Virus record (IMG/VR): IMGVR_UViG_3300028558_000016
Span: 248,001-312,000 of that record
Strand: one strand, 5' to 3'
Length of the DNA: 64,000 nt
The notes beneath the pieces are model-generated. The model made no database searches, was not told the DNA's origin, and saw nothing but the letters and a program-made list of their open reading frames with translations. This document shows positions 47,778 through 57,217 of the stretch, piece after piece. How positions within the stretch are numbered: the first letter of the stretch is position 1; each line of letters opens with the position of its first letter. The position numbers were made by a program, and so were the translations under genes.

Positions 47778-48173
47778 TTATATTTGTTTTAGTGTTAGTT
47801 TTCCGTCTTCGTCTCTTTCAATTGAATCTTTTGAATAGTAGCCATTTCCAATTTCGTAATCCTTTCCGTCTGTCATGAATACGTATTGTCCTATTTTAGG
47901 ATCATTCTCGTTTTCAAATCTTGCTGCCATCTCAGGTAAAACCCATATCTTCTTCTTGATGGCCAATGCAATCTTCCTTAGTGCAATCTCATCAAGCGTT
48001 ATGTCAAGGTCGCCAAACCAAACCTTCTCAAGTTTTCCATCAGACTCAGCGACTATGTTGGCGTTGAATACTGCTATGCTCTTTGGATTTTGTTTTCTAT
48101 AACCAGACTTGCTTCCTGAGATCATTCTTCCATTTATTCCTAAGTGCTCAAGAAATATTTTATCCGTTTTCAT
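47778..48173 (-). CDS. Conserved phage hypothetical protein
   Basis: GRMISGSKSGY...VFNANI...WFGDLD. Confidence 0.6.
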   Translation of the reverse strand: MKTDKIFLEHLGINGRMISGSKSGYRKQNPKSIAVFNANIVAESDGKLEKVWFGDLDITLDEIALRKIALAIKKKIWVLPEMAARFENENDPKIGQYVFMTDGKDYEIGNGYYSKDSIERDEDGKLTLKQI

Positions 48174-48421
48174 TTGTCACATGAGTTGCCGACGTTGCTA
48201 ATAGAATCTGACTTCCAAGTATATTTTGCTTCCTGCGTGATTATCTTTGACGAATCAATCTGCCAAACATATTTCGTTTGCATGGTTTGTTCGTGTGCCT
48301 GTTTTGTTTTTTCTTGTTCTCGTTTTACCTTTCCATCGGAAATAATATCCAATCCTATAATAGAAACAAAACTTGCGGCGACTATTCCTATGATGTAAAC
48401 TATTGCTCTATTATGTTCCAT
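48170..48421 (-). CDS. Small membrane-anchored protein
   Basis: N-terminal TM helix. Confidence 0.5.
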   Translation of the reverse strand: MEHNRAIVYIIGIVAASFVSIIGLDIISDGKVKREQEKTKQAHEQTMQTKYVWQIDSSKIITQEAKYTWKSDSISNVGNSCDK

Positions 48422-48789
48422 TACATTGTTGGGTTTTTAGGGGTTAAGAATCCACAGCTGTGCAACCTAACGAGATTGTCAACGTATGAAATTCCATTTT
48501 TCGTCAATTCATTTTCTGCTTCTTCTTTTCCGTTCATGCACACCCATAACGCGTATGGTTTATCTTCTTCATCTTGAGGATGAAATGCTCTTAGCTTTCC
48601 TCCAAACGCATTTATTGGAATTGCTATTAAATGTATTCGACTATTAATGTCTCTTAGCATTTGTTCAGCCTCAGGCAAACTTCCATTTCCTTGCTTCAGT
48701 TCATCTACAAGAATCTGTCCAACAAATCCAGCATGGTTGTTCTCCTGGTTGTTGACTGCCAAATTCATTCTATTGATTACGTCTTTCAT
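48421..48789 (-). CDS. Hypothetical protein
   Basis: TAATG-coupled. Confidence 0.55.
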   Translation of the reverse strand: MKDVINRMNLAVNNQENNHAGFVGQILVDELKQGNGSLPEAEQMLRDINSRIHLIAIPINAFGGKLRAFHPQDEEDKPYALWVCMNGKEEAENELTKNGISYVDNLVRLHSCGFLTPKNPTM

Positions 48790-49916
48790 TTGAAAATTTT
48801 TCTTATTCCATTATTTAATTTCTCACACAGACCTGGTTCAACCTCTTCAGGAAGATTAAAATTGTTGTCATACAGAGTTTTAAGCTCCTTCAACTTGCTG
48901 TCGCAAGTGTCAAGCAATTCTTGCAATGAAACTTCTCCCTTGCGTATCTTAAGAAGCTCAGTGGCTTCCGGCCTGCGTGATACAATTCCTTTTCCAAGTG
49001 CAATGTCCGTTGCCATGTTGATAAGACGTTGCATGTGAAGCATATTCTTTCCATCAATCTTTTGTTCGTGACCTTGAACGTCCACCCATCTCGCTTCATT
49101 CTTTTCTTTTAACCACGTTTGATAAGATCTGTATTCATCACAATGCAGCATCCAAGCGCTTTCATTAAACATTAAAACTGCAACAGGCTCTGCCTCTACG
49201 GAAACTTCTGACACTCTCAAAGATGTCGATGACTCGTCATCGTTGGTCATTCCTCTTCCTTCGCCCACATATATTCCAAAGTTGTGGTGAGTATGTGGAA
49301 GTCTTACAAGACCTATTTTTGTTGAATCTATTAATGGATTCTTATCAAGCCATTCTTTAATGGTAATGGTTCCTTGCTTATAGGATACGTAGCAGAAATC
49401 AAGAATTGTTTTTCTCTCAAATCTTTCCTTTTCCCAATTCTGTTTCTTATTTTTTCCATGTGCCTTTGCGGTTTGCTCCATTGCATATCCGCTAAAACTC
49501 AGGAATGATTTCTTTGTTATGAACTTCTTGTGATTGAGCAGTATGCTATCCATCAAAGGATGTTTGTATACAATGCAATCCTCAGGTATGTCAAATATCT
49601 CAAGCGAGTTAGGATTGTTCTTCTCAAGCATTTGAAGAAACTTTCTCAGCTCATAGAATTTCATCTCACATTCTTTTCCATCAGGTAGTTCAAATTTGCC
49701 GGTCTCAACCTCTTCCCAATCGGGAGTGTAGTTAAGATCTGAGAAATCCTCGTCAGGCATTATGAATATTCCTTTGTGATCAACGTCAGAGTCAGGACGG
49801 TTTGTTCCATACATCTGCGAACCTGAGACGTACTCCAAAAGAATGAGGCCTTTTTTTCTGAGATCATCAACGGTGTATCTCCGTTTCTTTATTTTATTTT
49901 CCGTCTTTGCTACCAT
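48786..49916 (-). CDS. Pol-beta superfamily nucleotidyltransferase (RlaP/YcgL-like)
   Basis: VSGSQMYGTNRPDSDVDHKGIF; NNPNSLE; DGKNMLH..RL; L..IRKG. Confidence 0.8.
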   Translation of the reverse strand: MVAKTENKIKKRRYTVDDLRKKGLILLEYVSGSQMYGTNRPDSDVDHKGIFIMPDEDFSDLNYTPDWEEVETGKFELPDGKECEMKFYELRKFLQMLEKNNPNSLEIFDIPEDCIVYKHPLMDSILLNHKKFITKKSFLSFSGYAMEQTAKAHGKNKKQNWEKERFERKTILDFCYVSYKQGTITIKEWLDKNPLIDSTKIGLVRLPHTHHNFGIYVGEGRGMTNDDESSTSLRVSEVSVEAEPVAVLMFNESAWMLHCDEYRSYQTWLKEKNEARWVDVQGHEQKIDGKNMLHMQRLINMATDIALGKGIVSRRPEATELLKIRKGEVSLQELLDTCDSKLKELKTLYDNNFNLPEEVEPGLCEKLNNGIRKIFK

Positions 49917-50227
49917 GGTAGTTTTCCAAAATTGTCTTTATCGTTTTGTTTCATTTTTCCAGACTTCACCAAATCATTCTTGGCTGAGTCAATCACCATG
50001 CACGCAACATTCGTGCTGTCGGAGTGGTAGTAATATAAAAATTCTCCAAGTCGTTTTGCATCTGACTTAAAAAGAATCTTCAATGCTTCACCGCGAAATT
50101 CTTTTGCGACGAGCTTATTCACTATCTTCTCTAATTGGATTTTCAGCTTGCTGTTCACCACGGGTGGCTTTGGCGAATTCTTAATTTTGGCCAAAGCTTC
50201 TTTCATGGTATAAACTTTCTTTCTCAT
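49910..50227 (-). CDS. Hypothetical protein
   Basis: First gene after the promoter at 50244. Confidence 0.55.
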   Translation of the reverse strand: MRKKVYTMKEALAKIKNSPKPPVVNSKLKIQLEKIVNKLVAKEFRGEALKILFKSDAKRLGEFLYYYHSDSTNVACMVIDSAKNDLVKSGKMKQNDKDNFGKLPW

Positions 50228-50243
50228 CAGTGATAATTAGAAA

Positions 50244-50255
50244 CAAATATACTAA
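50244..50255 (-). promoter_or_regulatory. Bacteroidota-type -7 promoter element
   Basis: ttagtatatttg on the minus strand (TAnnTTTG). Confidence 0.6.
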
Positions 50256-50268
50256 GAAAAAAGAAAAT

Positions 50269-50292
50269 AAAAAACCCGCTTATCAGCGGGTT
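50269..50292 (-). terminator. Intrinsic terminator
   Basis: aacccgct-gata-agcgggtt followed by a T run on the minus strand. Confidence 0.75.
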
Positions 50293-50298
50293 AATTAA

Positions 50299-50544
50299 TT
50301 ATGATTTAGGTGTTTCTGTGACTGGATCTTCTTTTTTGACCTCGACGAATTCTGTTGGTTTTACTAAGGTCAACTGTATCTTGTTGTTGGGGTCATTCTT
50401 ATCAATGATCATGAGTATCAAATCCTTCTCTGACCATTCATTCATGTAGACCGTAACTTCTTCAAACGATAGAGAACCGTTATGTCCGAGTTCTATGACT
50501 GCGGTGCCTTTTACTTCTTTTTGAATCTTGAGTTGAGCTGACAT
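50299..50544 (-). CDS. Hypothetical protein
   Basis: Co-oriented ORF. Confidence 0.55.
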   Translation of the reverse strand: MSAQLKIQKEVKGTAVIELGHNGSLSFEEVTVYMNEWSEKDLILMIIDKNDPNNKIQLTLVKPTEFVEVKKEDPVTETPKS

Positions 50545-50765
50545 AATTTGCTTTTAAAATAGTTAATCACTGCGAATATAGGATTAGTTCCCGAGAAATA
50601 AAAATATAGACCAAAAAATAGTCCCGCTACACAATAGAAGATCCCAGTAGCTTTCCAATAGCTTCCTGTCGCATCCAGTGCCATTTTGAAAAGTACATCG
50701 AAGCCAAAGGGATTGAAAAACATTCCCAACATCAGGCAGAGGATCGCTATTTTTTGTCTGCTCAC
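50511..50765 (-). CDS. Small membrane protein
   Basis: Two TM segments, FFNPFGFD motif; downstream of AATATATA at 50823. Confidence 0.55.
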   Translation of the reverse strand: MSRQKIAILCLMLGMFFNPFGFDVLFKMALDATGSYWKATGIFYCVAGLFFGLYFYFSGTNPIFAVINYFKSKLCQLNSRFKKK

Positions 50766-50828
50766 TTAAACTATCGTATTCCATTTATGTTTGTTACTCC
50801 GTAGAGTGTTTTGTTTTCAACCTATATA

Positions 50829-51263
50829 TTAGTACAACCAGGGTTTTTCCGGAGAAACTCCAAGATCTTTACATGAGCAAGCAAATTTTCCATCCTTAAA
50901 CGTCATCACGCAATATCGGTCTGGATCATCGTGCAGATTAAATGTCTCGCCATACTTTTTAATCATGGCTTCATCTTCACTCATTAGCATTTCATGCTTT
51001 TGTTCGTCTGTGTACTTGTCTGCTTCGATCTTGTTTGCTATGGCTTTTGATTTTAATTCCATCATCTTCTTTACAGTCTCATCCTCGTTAGAAGAAGCAA
51101 ACACAAGTTCCTCAATTCCTTCATAACCGCAATAAACAATTACGTTTATATTCTTCTTGTCTTGATGGAACAAGTTCAATTGTGATGGATTGATCTGAGA
51201 CTCGTTGTTTGAAAGTTTTGAATTTTCCCAAGGATAAAAATCCTTTATTGCTTGTGTGTTCAT
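50829..51263 (-). CDS. Hypothetical protein
   Basis: ATGA-coupled. Confidence 0.55.
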   Translation of the reverse strand: MNTQAIKDFYPWENSKLSNNESQINPSQLNLFHQDKKNINVIVYCGYEGIEELVFASSNEDETVKKMMELKSKAIANKIEADKYTDEQKHEMLMSEDEAMIKKYGETFNLHDDPDRYCVMTFKDGKFACSCKDLGVSPEKPWLY

Positions 51264-51580
51264 GCTCTGTTGTTGAATATTATGTTGTTCAATGGAATTC
51301 CTGCCTTGACGAGAGTTTTATAATCTATGGCAACAATTAATTCAATCTTCATGAATCCATTTTTAGGATTGTAATCTGTCACCTTTCCAACCACTTCATT
51401 TGAGTCATAGGCAGAATAGACAGGTCCATCGACTACGTCTCTCTTTAATAAGCCTGGGTCCGTTTTCACGAAATATTTATTTATCATGTGCATGCTTGAA
51501 GAATTTAGTTTAAACAGAATCCCTTCTTGATGTTCACTGCTTTGCCCTTTACTATAAACTCTATCTTTTCCTTTTGACAT
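51260..51580 (-). CDS. Hypothetical protein
   Basis: Co-oriented ORF. Confidence 0.55.
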   Translation of the reverse strand: MSKGKDRVYSKGQSSEHQEGILFKLNSSSMHMINKYFVKTDPGLLKRDVVDGPVYSAYDSNEVVGKVTDYNPKNGFMKIELIVAIDYKTLVKAGIPLNNIIFNNRA

Positions 51581-51662
51581 TGTTTTGCTTTTTCTAAGTA
51601 ATCGGATGTAGGAAGTCCTATGACGCGTCTCACGGCAGTTAGTCTCTCGTACAAATCCAAGT

Positions 51663-51935
51663 CTATTGTAAATTTATCAGACATTCTTCTTTAGTGATTT
51701 CTTCTAAAGTATCTATCTCAGTTATGTTTATGAATCTCGTATGGTCCCAAGATATTTCTTTCCCACTTGGAAGATTTCCCCCATGGATTTCTTCTAACAA
51801 ATATCCATCATGTCCTTTGCTTTTAACCACTTCCCTTACGGTGTATTCTTCCATTTGTATTGGACGTTCTTTGACGAACTTCATTGAATTTTCTCTAACG
51901 TTAGAGAAATCATCATTAATGCACAAGACTCTCAT
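51663..51935 (-). CDS. Hypothetical protein
   Basis: MRVLCIND...YTVR...GYLLEEI motif. Confidence 0.55.
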   Translation of the reverse strand: MRVLCINDDFSNVRENSMKFVKERPIQMEEYTVREVVKSKGHDGYLLEEIHGGNLPSGKEISWDHTRFINITEIDTLEEITKEECLINLQ

Positions 51936-52632
51936 GTTTCGGTTGTGTTATTTCTATTAATTTATTTGCTACTTCCATTGTTGCTCTTACGTCGCCTTCA
52001 CAATATGTTTTGATCAGTTCAACTCCCTGTTCTCTCCAATAAGAACCATGTACCATTGAACCTTTTAATTCTCCTTTTGGAGTTTCAACATCGAATATTG
52101 CGCTCATTGTATCAAGCGACGTAAAGCTTTCCTTCCATGAACCATCGCTCCATACTTTAGCGATGTCAAAGAACTTAGTTTCCCATGGTTTCTTATCCCA
52201 AACGCTTATGATGTTTGGCGGAGTTATTCCGTTTGCAAGCATTCTTTTCCAAAGAAACGGTATGTCGAATCTTTCAATAGTGTGACCTCCAAGAAACATT
52301 CCTTTCTTGTCTGCATTGTTCATCACACCTGCACATTTTGTGAGTATTTCTTTTTCATTGAAGCCATAAAAAGAAGTTATTTTCATGTTCATTTCAGGAT
52401 CATAATATCCAAAAGAAGCACATATAACTTTTCCATATTCAGCGTGTAATCCAGCTTTGTTTTCCCACAGTTCGTTGAGTGATAAATCACCGTTGCTTTC
52501 TTTATATTTCTCTTGCCACACCTCCCATAATTTTCCCATGCGAGGATTGTCTCTTAAGAACTCATCGTGTGTTGAAGATCTTCCAACAGTTTCGATGTCA
52601 AAGAATAAAATCTTTCTAATGTTAGTATCCAT
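51916..52632 (-). CDS. Stand-alone DEDDy 3'-5' exonuclease (PolB-exo-like)
   Basis: FFDIET; GHTIERFDIPF; YCEGDV. Confidence 0.85.
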   Translation of the reverse strand: MDTNIRKILFFDIETVGRSSTHDEFLRDNPRMGKLWEVWQEKYKESNGDLSLNELWENKAGLHAEYGKVICASFGYYDPEMNMKITSFYGFNEKEILTKCAGVMNNADKKGMFLGGHTIERFDIPFLWKRMLANGITPPNIISVWDKKPWETKFFDIAKVWSDGSWKESFTSLDTMSAIFDVETPKGELKGSMVHGSYWREQGVELIKTYCEGDVRATMEVANKLIEITQPKHESLVH

Positions 52633-52686
52633 GTTTTTAAGTTTATCGTTTTATTAGTGAACACGCTAATGGTTTCAGAGTCTTTG

Positions 52687-52711
52687 TAACTTATTGAATA
52701 TCAATACTTTA
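52687..52711. promoter_or_regulatory. 25-bp palindromic operator-like site, copy 2
   Basis: taact-ta-ttga-ata-tcaa-ta-cttta in the divergent intergenic region. Confidence 0.55.
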
Positions 52712-52740
52712 AAATGATTGTTTTTATAGGTGGAAATTAG

Positions 52741-52757
52741 TTAGTATATTTACATTG
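52741..52757 (+). promoter_or_regulatory. Putative early promoter element
   Basis: ttagtatatttacattg. Confidence 0.55.
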
Positions 52758-52775
52758 ATAACAACCAACCAAAAG

Positions 52776-53309
52776 ATGAATAGAAAACACAAAAAAGGCG
52801 ATGTCTTAGTTTTATCTCCTGACGTCCAAAAAATAAGGAATGAAATCCTCGGCAAATGCGAAGATTTAAGTCCATTGGTAAACAAGATAGTTGAATTTGA
52901 AATCTACGATTCAATTCACATCAAGAAGCAAAATGAAATTCACATGTGCCGGGTGATCGGACAAAAATTGCCTCCACGAAAAGGCGAAACACCTTTGCCA
53001 ATAGACATCAGAGAATTTTTAATTCCTGAGACTGCACTAATCACCGCGAAAGATCATTTAATACACCTCACGAAAACAACAGAGCTCCAAGGCATTTACA
53101 AACATCTTATAAAGAATGCAAACAAGGATTTTGATTACTTGTTGTTTTCGCTGGAAATTTCTCAGCAAGCGCAAGGTGGCGCAAGATCTGGAATTGAAAA
53201 TTGCGTAGGAAAAGAAATAGTAGAATTGTCCATGAGCATTTTTCCTAATGCAAGGCTTGGCGACATCATACCAGAAGAATATTACCAAAGATTTAATCAA
53301 CCAAAATAA
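52776..53309 (+). CDS. Hypothetical protein
   Basis: Start moved to ATG 52776. Confidence 0.6.
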   Translation: MNRKHKKGDVLVLSPDVQKIRNEILGKCEDLSPLVNKIVEFEIYDSIHIKKQNEIHMCRVIGQKLPPRKGETPLPIDIREFLIPETALITAKDHLIHLTKTTELQGIYKHLIKNANKDFDYLLFSLEISQQAQGGARSGIENCVGKEIVELSMSIFPNARLGDIIPEEYYQRFNQPK

Positions 53310-53310
53310 A

Positions 53311-53487
53311 ATGGCAAAAGCAACAACAGTCGAAAATCAAAACGGAGGATTAGATCTTCTCGTTGAGAAAGATGCTGGTAATGAAATAAGAATTTCTACT
53401 GGCGACGAAAAAAACAGTTTAAAGTTCTGGCAACACATGAAAGAATTGTGTGAAGGAGCTATTCATGAATTAAAAGACAAAGAATAA
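53311..53487 (+). CDS. Small hypothetical protein
   Basis: Start moved to ATG 53311. Confidence 0.5.
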   Translation: MAKATTVENQNGGLDLLVEKDAGNEIRISTGDEKNSLKFWQHMKELCEGAIHELKDKE

Positions 53488-53488
53488 T

Positions 53489-53851
53489 ATGACAATATAT
53501 CATGGTACGGACAAAGAATCCGCAGAAAAAATACAACAGGATAAAATCCTGAAAGGCTCAGGAAGTTTTGGGCCTGGAATATGTCTCACACTCGAAAGAG
53601 CATTAAACTATTCAGCAGTCAAATGTGGAAAGCATGGTCCACAAGCAAAAAACATTGGACGAATAGTAATGATCGAAAATATTCCATCTCAAATATTGAA
53701 CACCGCTTCAAAGGATGCTCCTGAAGGTTTCACTCTTAACGATGAGTTTGGAAAACCATCAAGAGGATTGCATTTACAAAAGGTGAGAATCCTATCCATC
53801 AAAGAAGCACAATGCATGATGTCAATGGAACATGAATTTAATAGCAATTAA
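53489..53851 (+). CDS. Minimal ADP-ribosyltransferase-like protein
   Basis: IYHGT...I...G.FGPGICL...A.NYS. Confidence 0.55.
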   Translation: MTIYHGTDKESAEKIQQDKILKGSGSFGPGICLTLERALNYSAVKCGKHGPQAKNIGRIVMIENIPSQILNTASKDAPEGFTLNDEFGKPSRGLHLQKVRILSIKEAQCMMSMEHEFNSN

Positions 53852-53853
53852 AA

Positions 53854-54291
53854 ATGCAAAAATTTGAACGAATAGAAATTTCTGAAGAAAGAGCCAAACA
53901 GCTTGGAACAGATGAGGTGTGGGTAAATGAAACTCATCAGGTAATTGTTTACAGAGATCCTAAAGAAGCTCCTGAGCTTCCACAAAATTCAAATCCAAAA
54001 GATTGGCCAGCGATGATTTGGCTATCAATAAAACGTGTTGACAGGGAAGCGATGCATGATTGGAGAGAACTACAGGAAATAAAGAACATGATCGTCGGCC
54101 CAGAAAACGAAGCAGTAGAAGTTTATCCTGCTGAATCAAGATTGGTTGACACTTCAAACCAATATCACCTGTGGGTTTTTGCTGACAAGGAAGTAAGATT
54201 TCCATTTGGATTTACTTCACGAGGTGTAGCTGATCCTGAACTTGCCGAAAAGATGGGTGCAAAACAAAGACCGTTTAATAAACATAACTAA
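53854..54291 (+). CDS. Conserved phage protein (DUF7694-like)
   Basis: WLSIKR.DR...HDWRELQEIKN...E.EAVEVYPAESRLVD..NQYHLW. Confidence 0.7.
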   Translation: MQKFERIEISEERAKQLGTDEVWVNETHQVIVYRDPKEAPELPQNSNPKDWPAMIWLSIKRVDREAMHDWRELQEIKNMIVGPENEAVEVYPAESRLVDTSNQYHLWVFADKEVRFPFGFTSRGVADPELAEKMGAKQRPFNKHN

Positions 54292-54539
54292 TGAGAGTAA
54301 AAACAAAATATGGAAATGGCACCTTGATTGGTGTTTCCTCCAACGGTGGAATAAATTTAAGTTTTAAAGTATTATTGGACAATACTTTTCCTTCTGATTT
54401 GCCTGAAGAAGAAAAAGAATTAAATGAAATCAAGAATGCTGAAAGCAGGATATACAATTGTTTATCTGTTGATGTATTAACTGATGATGGACAAGTAATA
54501 GAACTTGGAAAAGATATAATAATTAAATTTGTAAAATGA
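54291..54539 (+). CDS. Hypothetical protein
   Basis: TAATG-coupled. Confidence 0.55.
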   Translation: MRVKTKYGNGTLIGVSSNGGINLSFKVLLDNTFPSDLPEEEKELNEIKNAESRIYNCLSVDVLTDDGQVIELGKDIIIKFVK

Positions 54540-54868
54540 TGAAAGAGTCAGAAAAATTAAAACAACAATCAGCGGAAGAAGATAACGATCTTATTGCGAT
54601 GGGTATTGGAAAGAAAATCATCCGCGAAGAACGAATAGAAAAGTTCGAGGAGAAATGGTTGAAGAAATTTCAATTGAAGTTTGGGGATAACATTAATTGG
54701 GTTCCTACAATGTATTGTTATAGAATTAATGATAACGGAAAGATAATTGATTTCTATCCAAAGGCCAACAAGCTATTCATCAAAGAAAAGAATAATTGGG
54801 TTAAACCAGGATTAAAATTTTTAGTTAAAATGTATTTCACCGCTGACGAAATCAACGCTGCAATATAA
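54536..54868 (+). CDS. Hypothetical protein
   Basis: ATGA-coupled; IDFYPKANK motif. Confidence 0.55.
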   Translation: MMKESEKLKQQSAEEDNDLIAMGIGKKIIREERIEKFEEKWLKKFQLKFGDNINWVPTMYCYRINDNGKIIDFYPKANKLFIKEKNNWVKPGLKFLVKMYFTADEINAAI

Positions 54869-54927
54869 AGAATTCGCTATTTTTTTGTATTTTTACTTAG
54901 TATGCTTACTGATAAAAATCCAAAATT

Positions 54928-55248
54928 ATGGCAACACTACTGAAAGAAAAAACGAGGCACGTATTCATAAGTGCAATGAATTTTGTTAGAGTTAGATTAT
55001 TTGAAGGAACAGAATTAAATACGCCTGAGAAAAAAATCAGGGATGAAAAGGAAAAGGAAAAAGCTTTAGTTCATTATGAAAAGATCATGAAGAACATTGG
55101 TACATGTCAAAATAAATTGCAAATTGATACAGCTCATGTAATGATAGATCAATTTTATTCAAGATATGGAAGACTGTGCCATGATAAGTATTTGAACCTA
55201 CAAGAGAAGATGAATGAACGCAAAGACCAATTATGCATGTACTTTTAA
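54928..55248 (+). CDS. Hypothetical helical protein
   Basis: Isolated ORF with an upstream AT-rich gap. Confidence 0.55.
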   Translation: MATLLKEKTRHVFISAMNFVRVRLFEGTELNTPEKKIRDEKEKEKALVHYEKIMKNIGTCQNKLQIDTAHVMIDQFYSRYGRLCHDKYLNLQEKMNERKDQLCMYF

Positions 55249-55250
55249 TG

Positions 55251-55275
55251 TAACTGCTTGATTATCAATAAGTTA
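55251..55275. promoter_or_regulatory. 25-bp palindromic operator-like site, copy 3
   Basis: taact-gc-ttga-tta-tcaa-ta-agtta upstream of PARP; promoter-like ttagtaatttta at 55320. Confidence 0.6.
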
Positions 55276-55352
55276 TATTTCCATTATTTAATGGAAATAT
55301 TTTTATTTATGGCTAATTATTAGTAATTTTATAGTAAATAAATCAACCAAAT

Positions 55353-56801
55353 ATGGCAACAAAATCATCAACAATGTCCGGCGAGGACATTAAAAAAACA
55401 GCGATCGATAAAGGATTAAAGGTCGCAATACTCGTATGTGTGTCAGATGACAACAATAACAAGTATTTCAATATGTACGAACAAGGAGATGGAACTTACA
55501 TGGTAATCCGCGGAAGAGTGGACGTTACCGAAATAATCGAAGGTCCATACCCAATGTCAAAATGGGATGTTCATTACAAGGACAAAACAAAAGCAAACAA
55601 AAAACCAAAACCTTACACTGATCAAACTCATTTGTTCTCTGAACAAAAGAAAAGCGATGGTGCAGGAAAGAAAAAAGAAAAATCATCGAACTTCCATTCA
55701 AAGAGAACTGCAATGGTAATTGATTTCGTGAAACAACTTCAAAAATTCGCAAATCAATCGGTAGAAGAAAACTACACGGTATCAGCCGCAAACGTTACTA
55801 AGAAGCAAGTTGATTTCGCTCAACAAACTTTAAATCAAATTAGCGACATGGTTAAGAAAGGCGCAGAGGTTGGTCCAATCAATGACAAACTAATGGAGCT
55901 TTATCAAATCATTCCTCGTCGTATGAAACATGTGAATAACCACCTCATCATTACAGATGAAATGGAAAAAACACTTGGTAAAGTTGAGAAGACCGACAAA
56001 GAAAAAATGAAAGAGGCGAAAGCTAAAACATATTCAATGAAGATTAAATCTGATGCCGAGTTACAAAAAGCGCATGACATGATTGCCGGTGAGCAAGATA
56101 CTCTTGACGTTATGGCAGGTCAGGTTGCTGTTGAAGAACAGGAAAAGAAAGATCACGTTGAAACCCCAGGTGCTAAAAAAGAATACGATTTATTGCACGC
56201 AATGAAACTTGATATGGAAGATTGCGATAAGTATGAAATTGCAATGCTTAAGAATATGCTTGATCAAAACGCTAAAGCCGGCCACGAAAAGAATTCAAAC
56301 CTTTTCAAACGTGCATATCGCGTTAAGAACGATAGCACTGAAGTTGCTTACAACAATTTCATGGGTAAAGTTAAAAACAAGAAGAAGGAATTATTGTGGC
56401 ATGGAAGTCGCAATGAAAACTGGTGGAGCATTTTCCAACAAGGTTTAGTTCTTCGTCCTACCAATGCAGTAATCACCGGTAAGATGTTTGGTTACGGATT
56501 ATATTTCGCTGACAAGGCGCAAAAATCCATAAACTACTCTTCTTATTCTGGAGCATCACGCTCTTACACAGGGGGTTCATCAAGGAATGCAATTCTTGCG
56601 GTATATGAAGTTCACCAAGGAGATCAATTGGTAATTAAACGTCATGAGCACTCACACTCACAATTGACTGATAAACAAATGGAAAAACACGGTAAAGATT
56701 CTGTGTTCGCTCAAGGCGGTTATGACCTTGTGAATAACGAATACATTGTGTACAAGCAACAACAATGTACTATAAAATATCTTGTTGAAATTGGGAACTA
56801 A
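55353..56801 (+). CDS. Poly(ADP-ribose) polymerase-like protein (WGR-like, regulatory and catalytic domains)
   Basis: NNKYFNM...IRGRV; LMELYQIIPR; LLWHGSR, GKMFGYGLYFADKAQKSINY, NEYIVY (H-Y-E triad). Confidence 0.9.
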   Translation: MATKSSTMSGEDIKKTAIDKGLKVAILVCVSDDNNNKYFNMYEQGDGTYMVIRGRVDVTEIIEGPYPMSKWDVHYKDKTKANKKPKPYTDQTHLFSEQKKSDGAGKKKEKSSNFHSKRTAMVIDFVKQLQKFANQSVEENYTVSAANVTKKQVDFAQQTLNQISDMVKKGAEVGPINDKLMELYQIIPRRMKHVNNHLIITDEMEKTLGKVEKTDKEKMKEAKAKTYSMKIKSDAELQKAHDMIAGEQDTLDVMAGQVAVEEQEKKDHVETPGAKKEYDLLHAMKLDMEDCDKYEIAMLKNMLDQNAKAGHEKNSNLFKRAYRVKNDSTEVAYNNFMGKVKNKKKELLWHGSRNENWWSIFQQGLVLRPTNAVITGKMFGYGLYFADKAQKSINYSSYSGASRSYTGGSSRNAILAVYEVHQGDQLVIKRHEHSHSQLTDKQMEKHGKDSVFAQGGYDLVNNEYIVYKQQQCTIKYLVEIGN

Positions 56802-57217
56802 TGGAAGAAAACAAAAACGATATAGAAGAAATCGACGGTGTCCAAGAAGAGAGGGGTGAATTCCCTCCCTTCTTTGGCTTGTTTAGAATGACAAGATTTG
56901 AACGTGTACTTCATGCTTCCATCATTGGATTAATTGGAGCAGCATTCATCGCATACACTCTGTGGAGCAAAATCATTCCAGGACAAAACCCAACTAAGGA
57001 AATGCTACAGATGAATGATTGGTATGTTATACCATGTTTCGTATTATCTGTTTTGCTTCTGTTGTCTGGATTTCCAGTTGTAATGAAAGACAGAAGTTTT
57101 GGAAACATGATGCTTCAACAATTGCTTAGATGCTTCATGGCGATAATATGGATGGTCTTATATTTTGAAGCAAGTCAAATATTATTCATAATTTTTTACA
57201 GACACTTACCAGCATGA
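56801..57217 (+). CDS. Three-TM membrane protein
   Basis: Three hydrophobic helices; TAATG-coupled to PARP. Confidence 0.6.
   Translation: MEENKNDIEEIDGVQEERGEFPPFFGLFRMTRFERVLHASIIGLIGAAFIAYTLWSKIIPGQNPTKEMLQMNDWYVIPCFVLSVLLLLSGFPVVMKDRSFGNMMLQQLLRCFMAIIWMVLYFEASQILFIIFYRHLPA

Noticed and set aside
51585-51660. Twister-like ribozyme on the minus strand (ctaactgcc)
   Set aside because: Only the short UAA..GCC motif matches; the pseudoknot partners could not be found. The shared tgccgtg/agacg words with 41004 are short enough to be chance.
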